64,000 bases of DNA from Phoronis australis (lineage: Eukaryota > Animalia > Phoronida), in assembly GCA_002633005.1 (NCBI GenBank), contig NMRA01000606.1, forward strand, positions 62,001-126,000. Reading direction: 5' to 3'. The translations under genes and the position numbers were made by a program. The notes beneath the pieces are model-generated. The model worked only from the letters and a program-made list of their open reading frames with translations, did no database searches and had not been told where the DNA came from. Below, in pieces: positions 1 to 11,800 of the stretch (positions are counted from its first letter, which is position 1; the number at the start of each line of letters is the position of its first letter).

Positions 1-1224
1 CCAGTTCTTTGTGTTTGGAATACATTTCAATGCTGGCTAGACAAAATCTCCACGTGTGTTACTCCATTCACTTTGTCGAAATCTCAGACTGCTTAATGTG
101 CAAGACTGTTTTACATAAATAAACAATTGAGCAGTTATGAGTAATGATGTTGCATTAGTCTCCCGTTAAATGTAGATAAAAACTGCTTTTTTGTTGTGAC
201 AAACGTTGGATTAATTGCCAAATAATTCTGGGAAGAAGTTTGTCATAGTTTGATGGAATCTTGAGTTCTGTCAAAATCTGTCCAGTTTATTTTCAAGATT
301 GATGTACAGTAGTTAAACAGGTTAATTCCAGACTAGAGGATTTACGAAATACTTCTGCATTATTGCTTATTTTAATGTTAAAAAAATCATTTGTATTTCA
401 AAACTATGGAGATTGCTTTAGTTAATATTTGATTGTTGAATGACGTCATATGCATTGTTCAACTGGTGGTATGTGATATGCTGACGCACCATCATTGCTA
501 TCCAGTTCATAACATTTATGCAACTGACCCACTGCCAAAGATGGGGGTGACCGGGAATGGGGGAGTGGAGCAAAACTGTGGTGACCAGGCGAGGGGGTGA
601 CGGTGTTGCTTACTAGGATAGGCCGCTGGCATCTCTTCCCCCGTTAACCTGTGCAAGAGGGCTGTTTTAATGCTTTGACTCTGGGTTGAGAGTGTAGGTT
701 AGGATTTCCCTGATGTTGTAACACCGTCGCTACCTTTGTGTGAGTGCCAGACCTTCATATTAGCTAATGGAAAACTCATTACTATGTCAGCTCTCCATTG
801 CATCGGAGGACCCTGGATTAAACCTACAATTCCCCCACTCCCACCACGTTTCTTGGTGTTGTGTAATTGAGATGGGAAATATTGTCTGGTTTCAATTTGG
901 GTTGAGCAGCTGATGTCTGAAATAGATATAAAGTTTTTTTGTAAACACTTTTGGTATCTTTTAGAATAAATTTTATAACTTGTACATTAACTTGCATATA
1001 ATTCATGAATTGGTTTTCCAAAGTGAAAAATAAAACAATTGCTGCTTTAAGTTTTCCGAAGATACACCTTTGGTTCAGGCTAACGACTAAGTTATTTTGA
1101 AGGTAGTTTTGTCCTTCAGAAGTAGGGCTTTATGGGAGATTGCGAATAAAAACTGGTAATGTCAAGGATGGGAGTTCATCTTTAACGCAGCGTTGTGTTA
1201 GTATGCCGATAGCCGGAAATAATA

Positions 1225-4200
1225 AGAAGTTTCAAGCCATGGTCCGTGTATATTGGTGTGGACGTATTAGCTTTGGATAATTTACTTCCTTATGGACATT
1301 TAACCGGAGCGAATATGGTCTCGTAGTGAATAATGTTGGACTGGTCATTACATTCTGTTCTCTGTTATCTCGGAGAGCAAATCATTTTAAGTCCAGTTTG
1401 TGTGAATTTCTGTGAGAGAAACTACACCAGTAATCATACAACACATATTCCAGATACAATCTCAAGTAACTTAACATCTGTACTTTGAACCCTGCGAACA
1501 GAGCAATGGTGAAACGTCTGAACAGTATACATACTCACAAGGATCTTTCGGGGAACTACTTTTGAGAGGATTCGAAAAAGTGCACGATTAAAAGGATACA
1601 TGTACTAAACCCTTTTTTGTGATTTTCATCAATCCTCGTTCTGTCACCTGACAATGCTTCATTGACGTCAATCTTCCAACTTCAGCGCAGGAATCATTAC
1701 ACTACACGTACCGAGAGTGGCGTACATAAAGTAATATCCCACGGTCTCAGTCGATACGCAGCATAAGGTCGATTTGCCACAACAGGTCAAGCAGAGTCGC
1801 CTGCATACGTGTATCAAGTGCGCATTCGCAGACAAATTGTTAATATTCGTATTGCGGGCTTGGTGCCTGCTATAGTCCAGGGCTGGAGTTCAAAGGCGTT
1901 ATAAGAGCTGCGCTTATTGAATCTTTTCCAGCCCCTGTTCACGACAAATTGTTTAACTTGATGTCGATTTGCTGTGCGTGACTAGGAATCCGTATGCGTG
2001 AACTTGGAATTGAACATATATTTGGGCAATCAGGTGAAAATTTTTGTTCAATGTAAAGAATTTTTGTAATTATTGGACTTATAACCACTCACTGTCCTTC
2101 ACCGTAACTTGTGTCGAAGAATCGGAGGAATTTGTGATTGGTTAAAACAATTATTGTCTGGTGAATAAGGTAGATTAGTTGAATGTTTCATTATTTTAGT
2201 AACATATAATTTGGTTTAGTGCAGTGCAAATTTTTATCCAGGTGAACGTGATTATTTGAGTGAACTTGTCAAGTTCCTCATGTATTCCAAGTTCGCGCAC
2301 AGCAGAATAACGACAACTAGCGATTGTTTACAATAGTTATCGCCTGCACAGCTTACTTGTCTAAGGCATTCCCTTTCAAGCAGTATTTATCGTATCGAAG
2401 AAAAGCGATGTTTTACAAAAGACGCATTGTGTACATCAACTCTAATTAGGACGCGTGTTTTGAGGAAATCATGTTTGATGACTGCCTTGTGGATGGTTGA
2501 ATTTTCCACGAACCTCTGTTTCCAAGAAATCAACGTATTTTAATGTACAGTATTTCTTCAATAGCATTGGCATTAATGGTGCTAAATTGCTCTCAAAAGG
2601 TTTATTTACTACATAGACTGAGGTTAGGCAATAGTGAAATATATTTTTATTTGATATATTTTACTATTGGTCAACCTCAGCGTTTACATGTTTAATCTAT
2701 CTAATTAACACATACTGCTAAATTGCTGATTATACAATTTTCCAAATCTCGTGAAATAAAGCGAAACGCCACTCATGGAATATATTACATAACAATCGAC
2801 TGCAAATTGGAGAGATATCGGGTACTCACTCTCTCACTAGTGAGAGCACTTGACCGTCAATCCAGAGACCTGTCACAGTGGCGGATCTAGGATACCATGA
2901 GGGGGGGCCGACGTCCTCGGGCAATTGGGAAAGCTCGATTGTAAGTGCACGCAGGCGGCTCCGAAGGTGTGGGGGCCCAGAATGCCATCTTCTGTTCAGG
3001 AAATCTGTCGTTGGACTAAAAAAAAAAAACGGGAACNAGAAGTTTCAAGCCATGGTCCGTGTATATTGGTGTGGACGTATTAGCTTTGGATAATTTACTT
3101 CCTTATGGACATTTAACCGGAGCGAATATGGTCTCGTAGTGAATAATGTTTGACTTGTCATTACATTCTGTTCTCTGTTATCTCGGAGAGCAAATCATTT
3201 TAAGTCCAGATTGTGTGAATTTCTGTGAGAGAAACTACACCAGCAATCACACAACACATATTCCAGATACAATCCCAAGTAACTTAACATCTGTACTCTG
3301 AACCCTGCGAACAGAGCAATGGTGAAACGTCTGAAGAGTATACAAACTCACAAGGATGTTTCGGGGAACTACTTTAAATTGAGAGGATTCGAAAAAGTGC
3401 ACCATTAAAAGGGTACATGTACTAAACCCTGTTATGTGATTTTCATCAATCCTCGTTCTGTCACCTGACAATGCTTCATTGAGGTCAATCTTCCAACTTC
3501 AGCGCAGGAATCAATACACAACATGTACCGAGAGTGGCGTACATGAAGTAATATCACACGTCCTCGGTCGATACACGGAATAAGATCAATTTGCCACAAC
3601 AGGTCAAGTAGAGTCGTCTGCATACGTATATCAAGTGCGCATTCGCAGACAAATTGTTAATATTCGTATTGCGGGCTTGGTGCCTGCTGTAGTCCACGGC
3701 TGGAGTTCAAAGGCGTTATAAGAGCTGCGCTTATTGAATCGTTTCCAGCCCTTGTTCTCGACAAATTGTTTAACTTGATGTCGAATTGTTGTGCGTGAAC
3801 TTGGAATCCGTATGCGTGAACTTGGAATTGAACATATATTTGGGCAATCAGATGAAAATTTTTGTTCAGTGCAAAGAATTTTTGTAATTATTGACCTTAT
3901 AATCACTCACTTTCTCCTTTTCCGTAACTTGTGTCAACGAATCGGAGGAATTTGTGATTGGTTAAAACAATTATTGTCTGGTGAATAAGATAGATTAGTT
4001 GAATGTTATATTATTTTAGTAACATATACACCCTGTAATTCGGTTTAGTGCAGTGCAAATTTTTATCCACGTGAACGTGATTATTTGATTGAACTTGTCA
4101 AGTTTCTTCATGTATTCCAAGTTCGCGCACAGCAGAATAACGACAACTAGCGATTGTTTACAATAGTTATCGCCTGCACAGCTTACTTGTCTAAGGCATT

Positions 4201-4875
4201 CCCTTTCAAGCAGTATTTACCGTATCGAAGAAAAGCGATGTTTTACAAAAGACGCATTGTGTACGTCAACTCTAATTAGGACGCGTGTTTTGAGGAAATC
4301 ATGTTTGATGACTGCCTTGTGGATGGTTGAATTTTCCTCGAACCTCTGTTTCCAAGAAATCAACGTATTTTAATGTACAGTATTTCGTCAATAGCACTGG
4401 CATTAATGATGCTAAATTGCTCTCAAAAGGTTTATTTACTACATAGACTGAGGTTAGGCAATAGTGAAATATATTTTTATTTGATATATTTTACTATTGG
4501 TCAACCTCAGCGTTTACATGTTTTTATATAATCAGCAATTTAGCAGTTTAAAAACTGCTAAATTGCTGATTATATAATTTTGCAAATCTCGTGAAATAAA
4601 GCGAAACGCCACTCATGGAATATATTACATAACAATCGACTGCAAATTGGAGAGATATCGGGTACTCACTCTCTCACTAGTGAGAGCACTTGACCGTCAA
4701 TCCAGAGACCTGTCGCAGTGGCGGATCTAGGATACCATGAGGGGGGCCGACGTCCTCGGGCAATTGGGAAAGCTCGATTGTAAGTGCACGCAGGCGGCTC
4801 CGAAGGTGCGGGGGCCCAGAATGCATATCTTCTGTTCAGGAAATCTGTCGTTGGACTAAAAAAAAAAACGGGAAC
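1225..4875. repeat. Tandem near-identical duplication (1225-3036 / 3038-4875) joined by a single N
   Basis: Sequence after N3037 restarts at AGAAGTTTCAAGCC (= 1225); copies differ by scattered SNPs and small indels. Confidence 0.9.
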
Positions 4876-4975
4876 GTGTTTTGTCCTCGTCCGCTCACGC
4901 TTTACTCTGTTTTGCAGCTTCATTTTGCTTCCGGCAGCGAGGGGGGGGGGCTGTCCCCCCCTAAATCCGCCTATG
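4716..4975 (+). mobile_element. MITE with TIRs CAGTGGCGGATCTAGG / CCTAAATCCGCCTATG and 5-bp TSD (truncated duplicate at 2876-3036)
   Basis: Right flank TGTCA; left flank TGTCG here and TGTCA in the duplicated copy. Confidence 0.8.
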
Positions 4976-5335
4976 TGTCAGTGGTTGAATTCCCAGCTGA
5001 GGTTTCTGATTTGTCTGTGTTTATTTGATATATCTCTCAAAAAGTTGATATGCTAATTCAATAATTATTTTTCGCCCAACTACAACTGAAATTAAGACAA
5101 TTTATTCTGTCCGAACCTGGGAGTAATATACATTGAGATATTGGTCCTAGGTCCGAACGTACCAGCGCACTGGGTTTGACTGTATTCACCCCGTGGTCTG
5201 TAATATTAAATAAGCAGGCTATAGGAGATAATATTGGCCTGCAAGTTGTCTTACCCGACAGAGGACTGGCCTCGGCAGTTAACAAATGAGCTAGATGTTA
5301 TAACACGTTCACAACCGCTAAGTCTGGTTAAGTCT

Positions 5336-5399
5336 TAGACAATGACCATCCTCTCTATCCAGAATAGATATTCTGTATAGAGACGACGGTCATTGTCTA
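5336..5399. repeat. Near-perfect 31-bp palindrome (probable miniature MITE)
   Basis: TAGACAATGACCATCCTCTCTATCCAGAATA-GA-TATTCTGTATAGAGACGACGGTCATTGTCTA; 28 of 31 positions complementary. Confidence 0.85.
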
Positions 5400-7008
5400 G
5401 TTGCAGGTAAGTCTCTGCCAGCATGGGAGAACGCCCTGAATGAGTTCTGGGAAAACAAATTTCTTCGAAATCACGTGTTTATCTCGATGATCAATATTAC
5501 ATGCAGTCTTTTGTGAACTACGGTAATCGGCCGAGGGACCTCGCGTGGTATTTCTCGGTCTAACTCAGTGCTTAGTTTCTTTGCAAATTTGCTGAAAATG
5601 ACAAAGGTTTAGTAAACAACTAGGTAAGTAATTACGTTAAAAGACGTCAACAGTTAAACACATGAGACGACGGTTTTTTAAAACTTAAAAGTCTAATTCT
5701 TTTGTCATGTCCATCATGTGCCAGTGCTGTTGTAGCGTGAGCTTCTGGATATCATGACGTACTTACATAACGTGTATATTTATCATTAATGTTTTGTTAA
5801 TAAAATCAGCAGCACATGTATGTTTTGCTGACTGGTCCCGGGGGATATCATCTCTATTGTCTTCGGTGCTCATTCCTGGTTATTCGAGTATTGCGTAAGT
5901 TCGTTTAAATTGGAAACGGCAGCGCACCTCTGCCTATCTCTACAATGAAGTAGAAGAGAACCTCGAGTGAATCATAATGCAGCCAAGTACACAGTTTTGA
6001 GGTAACACTAAAGTAGAACATATGACTGAGTTCTGGGATTGGATTTCGACACTGAACAAGCATGCAATGGGTGTCATGTTACCAAATTCTTCACCCAACA
6101 AGATTGTTTCTAGCACGCGGGCCATGCCATATACCTTTTTTCTCAGGTCTTGTCAAGTTTTGAAGTATACTTGGCCTATCACCTTGGACAGTTGTAATAT
6201 TGGTCATGATTATCGATATTCTACCGAGTATTGAACTTTACACTGAAAATACTTTGTGTTGCAACCATTCATTCCAAAATGTGACCTGTCTGAATGTACA
6301 TGTTCAAGCATTTGTGCTGCAATGCACAATTACTAAAATTTACAGAAAGTTTGGCTTTCCACTTGGCATCATTGGAAATTTTCCGCCTGACGTCATTGGG
6401 AATTTTACACATCTGTTATTGACAGCGTTTTAAACAATTTCTTCGAAAAAGCAGATTCATGGGCATTGCTTTAGGCCATGCAAAATCGATCAGTATAGAC
6501 TCTCTTCAAGTGTTACGAGGTGGCGCGATGAAAAAGACTGATATTGTAATATTGTAACGCATCCACAAGAAGGCAGCCTCTATTAGCTGCTATGTAATAG
6601 AGTACAATGAACTACTCGAATAGGAGGCCTTTTGCCCAAATTTGACCATGTTGGAAGGATGTGATTTGTGAGCGAATTTCAAAGTGAACCTTACTCTTTT
6701 TCTTCTCTCAATTTTTGTGGACAAATTCTCATTAATGATTTAACTTCTATGAGATACGGAAACATACTGAGCTTAATGTTTTGTCCGCGTTTATCATGCG
6801 GATTATGACTCAAGTGATGCAATTAAGTATCTGATTATCAGTCGAGGCTGGTTTCAGTACATCTGTTGTCCGCGCCATTGAATGAACAATGGGAAACCAG
6901 TTATGTACAACAAACTCTATAACTAACAGTGGCTACTTGTAAGACAAATCGTAATACGCGAGTCCACGGTTTCGGGTTAAGCATGCGTATAACTCGTGCA
7001 CACTGGCG

Positions 7009-7169
7009 TGAGTCAGAACTTGTTTATTTTCAAAAGTATTTAAGAAGACTTTTTGTATCTCACGCATGTTTTACACAACAGGTTACAGTTTGTGAAGACA
7101 AATTCACCGTCGTTAACGAAATGGAGGGGCTCAGTTTATTCCGTGTGACCGCATTTGCTTTCAGTTTCC
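7009..7169. promoter_or_regulatory. Candidate inducible promoter elements for gene A: AP-1 site and ISRE/IRF-E
   Basis: TGAGTCA at 7009-7015; GCTTTCAGTTTCC (= GGAAACTGAAAGC) at 7157-7169, ~1.4 kb upstream of the 8579 acceptor. Short motifs that could occur by chance. Confidence 0.3.
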
Positions 7170-8661
7170 TGGTGGAGGTGGTGATGGATTCAACTGAATT
7201 TAAGTCAGAAAGAAAAGGATATAGTTTTCAGCGTTCTTTACACGCAGTCCTAGACAACTGTCCAAATCCAACAGTTGCATTCTTTTGTGGCTACTTTCAA
7301 CAGTCGTTACTGGTTTGGGTCTTGAAAGTCATTTGCAGACATCTCCAACTGTTCTAAAGTGTGTACATAACCTAAAAATATTAACATTGTACTAGGACAA
7401 AAACTTCAAAAAATGTACAGTTCACTAAATTTTTCATCTTTTGCCACTACAGCAAGTGTATCCTGATAAGACCAGAGTGGCGCTGCAGCGGCCATGGCCA
7501 GAATCAGATATCCCCGGCCATTGCACATGTTTGTAGGCCTTGGTCTCATAATACAGTTAACATTACAACTTTACAATGATTAGCTTTCAGCTCTTAGGAC
7601 TCTTGCTGTTGAAATATATAGCTCATAAAGATCATGGCTTAGAAATAACCAAACTACTTTGGCCTCATCTGTCACGTCAGCGATTTTCTGCGCACATCAC
7701 CATGGACAAGGCAATGACATAAAAACTGAATCTCGTTTTCAATATGACCAGTATTGCATATTCCACACATTCTCTCATTCTGGATTAGACCTTCGTGTCT
7801 CCCTGCGCATGCCCGAAATAAACACTGCGTCCTCTGCTACACCAGTATATTGTGTTGAATGAGCTGATAACGATAAACATGATTAGTTCCAATCGGCAAG
7901 TTCAAGTTTCCCCATACACTGTAGCTACATGTAGCGTGTGGCTATTATAGTGAGCTCAAGCAATAAATGCGTTTTTTTCCGTTATAGTTTGTACTAGTCA
8001 CCAAGTTATCAGCGATATTGGCAACCGTCACAGTGTTGCACTCAATTCCAAAAACCACAACACCTCCGCAGATGAAATCCTCTGAATTATTAATAACATC
8101 AGCCTAATTCGGGTACTATTTTCCAAATTTGTTTATTTCTTGATCACAAGAATAAAATTTAATGAAAACGGGTAAAAAAAGAATAAGCAAAGTACTAATT
8201 CTTCGTCCTTTTCTTGTTTTGCTTTTTTGCCAGCTCCTACCAATTTTATACAGTGTTCGTCTTTGGATATTTTATTCCCCCGTTGTTAGGTGAAACGCTT
8301 TTGTTATTGCCCGTATGGATGTTTTCCATTCATTTTCTTTGGTCTGCGCCTTCGATTCTTACTTTTACATATATTCGCCTCTCTATCCATTTATATCTCA
8401 GGGTTAGTGCCGCTTCGGGTATTACAATCTGCCACTTTTGACCGTGTCTTTGACATCCCTTTCATGGGACTGTCAGGACTAAAATAGGCAACAAGATTCT
8501 TAACCTTGAAAGTTTCTTTTGTCATTACATTGTTGTCGGGGTTAAACGATTCACCTGTTTTTCATTCAATTGATTCAGATTCTGAAAAAAGTGGGAAAAC
8601 TTAGGAAATTCTATGACTCAGGATAACCCCACCAGTGCCAAGTCTACTGAGCATTGACGAA

Positions 8662-8833
8662 ATGGCTACCAGTTTGACAGCTATCAGAGTTACCGGATTC
8701 AACGAGTCCGTTTCTGACGAAGAATTGGAACTCTACTTTGAAAGCTCGAAGAGGACTGGTGGAGGAGATATAGTGACTCTTAGGGTGGATAGAAAGCACA
8801 ACGTGGCCCTAATTGGTTATACATCGTCAGAAG
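8662..8833 (+). CDS. Gene A coding exon 1: start and N-terminal part of RRM-like domain 1
   Basis: MATSLTAIRVTGF...ELELYFESSKRTGGGDI...ALIGY is the PARP14/PARP10/NMI-type LxxYFExxxxGGG motif. In-frame stop at 8614 upstream; ends at AG|GCAAGT; acceptor TTCAG at 8574-8578 implies an upstream non-coding exon. Confidence 0.75.
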
Positions 8834-11800
8834 GCAAGTATAACACGTTAATAATTAGATGTAGAATACTACAGTACATTTAACCTCTTTTCAGTCGTGC
8901 CTTAGCTGCGACAAAGAAAACAAATCAAAACGCTTCTATTTTGGGATAAACGGCGTAGATGTGCTGATGGAACAGGAAGAAATATAAAGGATGACGAAGG
9001 CGTTTTGGCCCACCACTCGAACTTCTCATTCTACCTATATGAAATGTCAGTGAGAACTGAGGCCAACGAACACAACCAGTTCACGGGGATCATTAAGGTT
9101 GCAAAAAGGATTATCGACACCCTGGGTGGAAGATAATGATGCCCCCCTCTTAACCAACTGGTTTTCAACGGTGTCAAACTCTCCGTTCGTCAGCAGTTTC
9201 GTGCTGACCCCTGATCATGCGTGTGCCTCTCTGTTGTCACATTTTCAAATTCTCCCAGGTGACAATAAATGTGTCGAGTGCGACCTTACTTGTACATGTC
9301 AAAACATTCCCTGATCGCGTAATTAGCAAAATGAGTGAGAACGATGAAAGATCGTATACGGTACCACTTACAAATATGGCCTTTTCTAAAGTTTTCTGAT
9401 TTTGTATGACCATAGTCGCTTAAATTATTCTGTGTAATCATGGACAATGGCAAAGTTGACCATTCTACCTTCTAAGATAATCATTTGGAATATGCGCTAT
9501 TCTGAAACGAAAAACATAGTTTGAATGAACATGGCCGACATGGTGAATGTCCAGTGGCTACCATGGGTGTCTGAAAAAAAAAATTCGTCGTTATAGCGTG
9601 AAAATAGCTACACTGTTCCATGTTTTGTAGCACAGTTTTCTTTCGAATTATTTTTCGCATTTTGACTGTGGGTTTTTCCCAATAAAATGTAGAAAATCAG
9701 GATAACTTTTGACATTTTTGGAAATCGTCAGTCAAAAGTCCAGTTCATAAAATGTGAAGGAACATCAGACGATATCACGATATAATGGTCGAATGATTTT
9801 CCCACAATTCCAGTTGCCAAGACTGTTGCATCCCGTCAACAATTGATCTTAAAAGGTTTCGTCCTATCGGTGATACAGTGCAGTCCAAATGACGAAATTG
9901 TCCCCTGTAACTATGTTGAAGTTGGCAAGACACAAGAAGGAAGCATGTTTACTGAAAAAGGAAACTTCCAAGGAAACGAGACAGTTGACATCGGAGATCG
10001 AAACTTGACAACTGGAGAAGGTAGGCACATAAAAACTACTCCATGTTTCTTTTACTTCTGCCTGTGAAACGTGATTCCATGTTTTCAAAAGTGTTTTGAT
10101 AACCGAATTGGTGAAGTCTTGGATAACTCACTTATTTAAACAATGTTATTGGTGGAGAAGTTCTAGCTTTCTTTAATTACGACAGTCGTACATGTAGAGT
10201 GAATTTTGATGAGTGCACGAGTTTTCATACAACTTAAAACTTCCAGTGACTTCGGTTGCATGCATGCCTGCTGACTGGGACGATAACAGCCACCAGTTGG
10301 ACACGCTTGAGGCGAAGGAGAGCTGCGTCTTTGATGAGTATAAAGTTTTCGTCATAAACATACCCCAATGTGTCACATACGACGGCTTGGAGAATTACAT
10401 GGAAACCAAGTCCAAATGCGAAGTTGACACAATATGTTTTGGGGCCTACCCTGACCGTGCAATAGTTTCATTCAAAGACAAACCAGGTACATGTATCTCA
10501 ATGCAAATTTGTAAGATGCGAATGATTGTAATGCAGTAGAGTTCTTCAATAGATTAAATACTAGTCTGGTGATCTGATTCTTTCACGTGCTAATGCACAA
10601 CTAGTTTGTCCTTGGGGGCCGGATCCTTAAGGTCTATTTCAGGTGTAGTAACCGATAGTTTTGTCTTAATGTACTCTAGACAGCTGTTTTAAACACCCTT
10701 TTAGCAAAGTAAACGTCTCTGAGAATGAGAGTGTGTCCATAATGACTAGTTAATCAGATAATTTAGATACATTATTTGTAAACTGTAATGTGAAGAAATG
10801 CATTGACAAATATTGAGTAACAGCAGGGTAAGGCATCACAAAATTGCTGACTGTAGCCCTAAGCGGTCGTGCATAAAACAGCCCGTTACTGCACATGGTA
10901 GAGCAGGAGGCGAGGACAATGCACGACCTTGGTGCTAAGTTTATATTGGACCTTACTGATAGGTCTGCGTATTCAGCCAAGTATCTACACGATGATATTT
11001 TTACATTCAGTAAATGTATAGTTATATTTTCTCTAAGTAAAAAGACTAAAACTGGGTCTTATGATCATGTCTTATTGGGAACATTTACAAAAAGGAAAGC
11101 TACATTGATAGCAGAAAAGGGTATCAATAAGCAGGTCAAATTATATTTGATAATAATTCTTGAAGATGTGATTTAAAAAATCTGTTCCAGCGTTTTAAAT
11201 AAATTTTCGTTTTCGTTATATGCAACTTAAAATGTTGTTCACGAAAGTCACAAAACTCCTACTTCTGAGAGCGCTCATGCAAAAGCAGACTATTTTATAG
11301 CAACTTCCTCCTTACAGGGTTTCGGAACACATTGCATAAACCATATTATCAAAAATTACTTATAAATCCGAACAGCTATTCCAGGGATATGATTTTTAAG
11401 GCCAAACGCAATCTTAATATACGTCTATTGTTTGTTAAACTGCTAAAATGCGACATCCTTGGCGTTGAGCATTCATCATTTAAGTAGTACATAGGAGGAT
11501 TTAGGGGGCCGCCCCCCACCTTGGCTGCCGCAAGCAAAATGAAACAGCAGCAGCGCGAAGCGTGAGGAAATATAAGTAGGACCGGTAGTGGAGAACGGGT
11601 GGGGGGCATAGACCCCAGATCGCGGCGGGATCACGTTCCGCTTTTTTTCTTTTTGTTTTAGTCGATAGATCTTGCGAACAGAAGGTTCATACTCCAGGCC
11701 CCCGTAACTTTCGGGACGCCTGCACACAGGCANTTTCGGGACGCCTGCACACATGCAACCGCGCTTTGCCCAATTCCTCGAGGTAACATGTTGCCCCCCT

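Noticed and set aside
6929-7357. 142-aa ORF
   Set aside because: GTG start, no recognisable motif; more likely promoter/5' UTR region of gene A.
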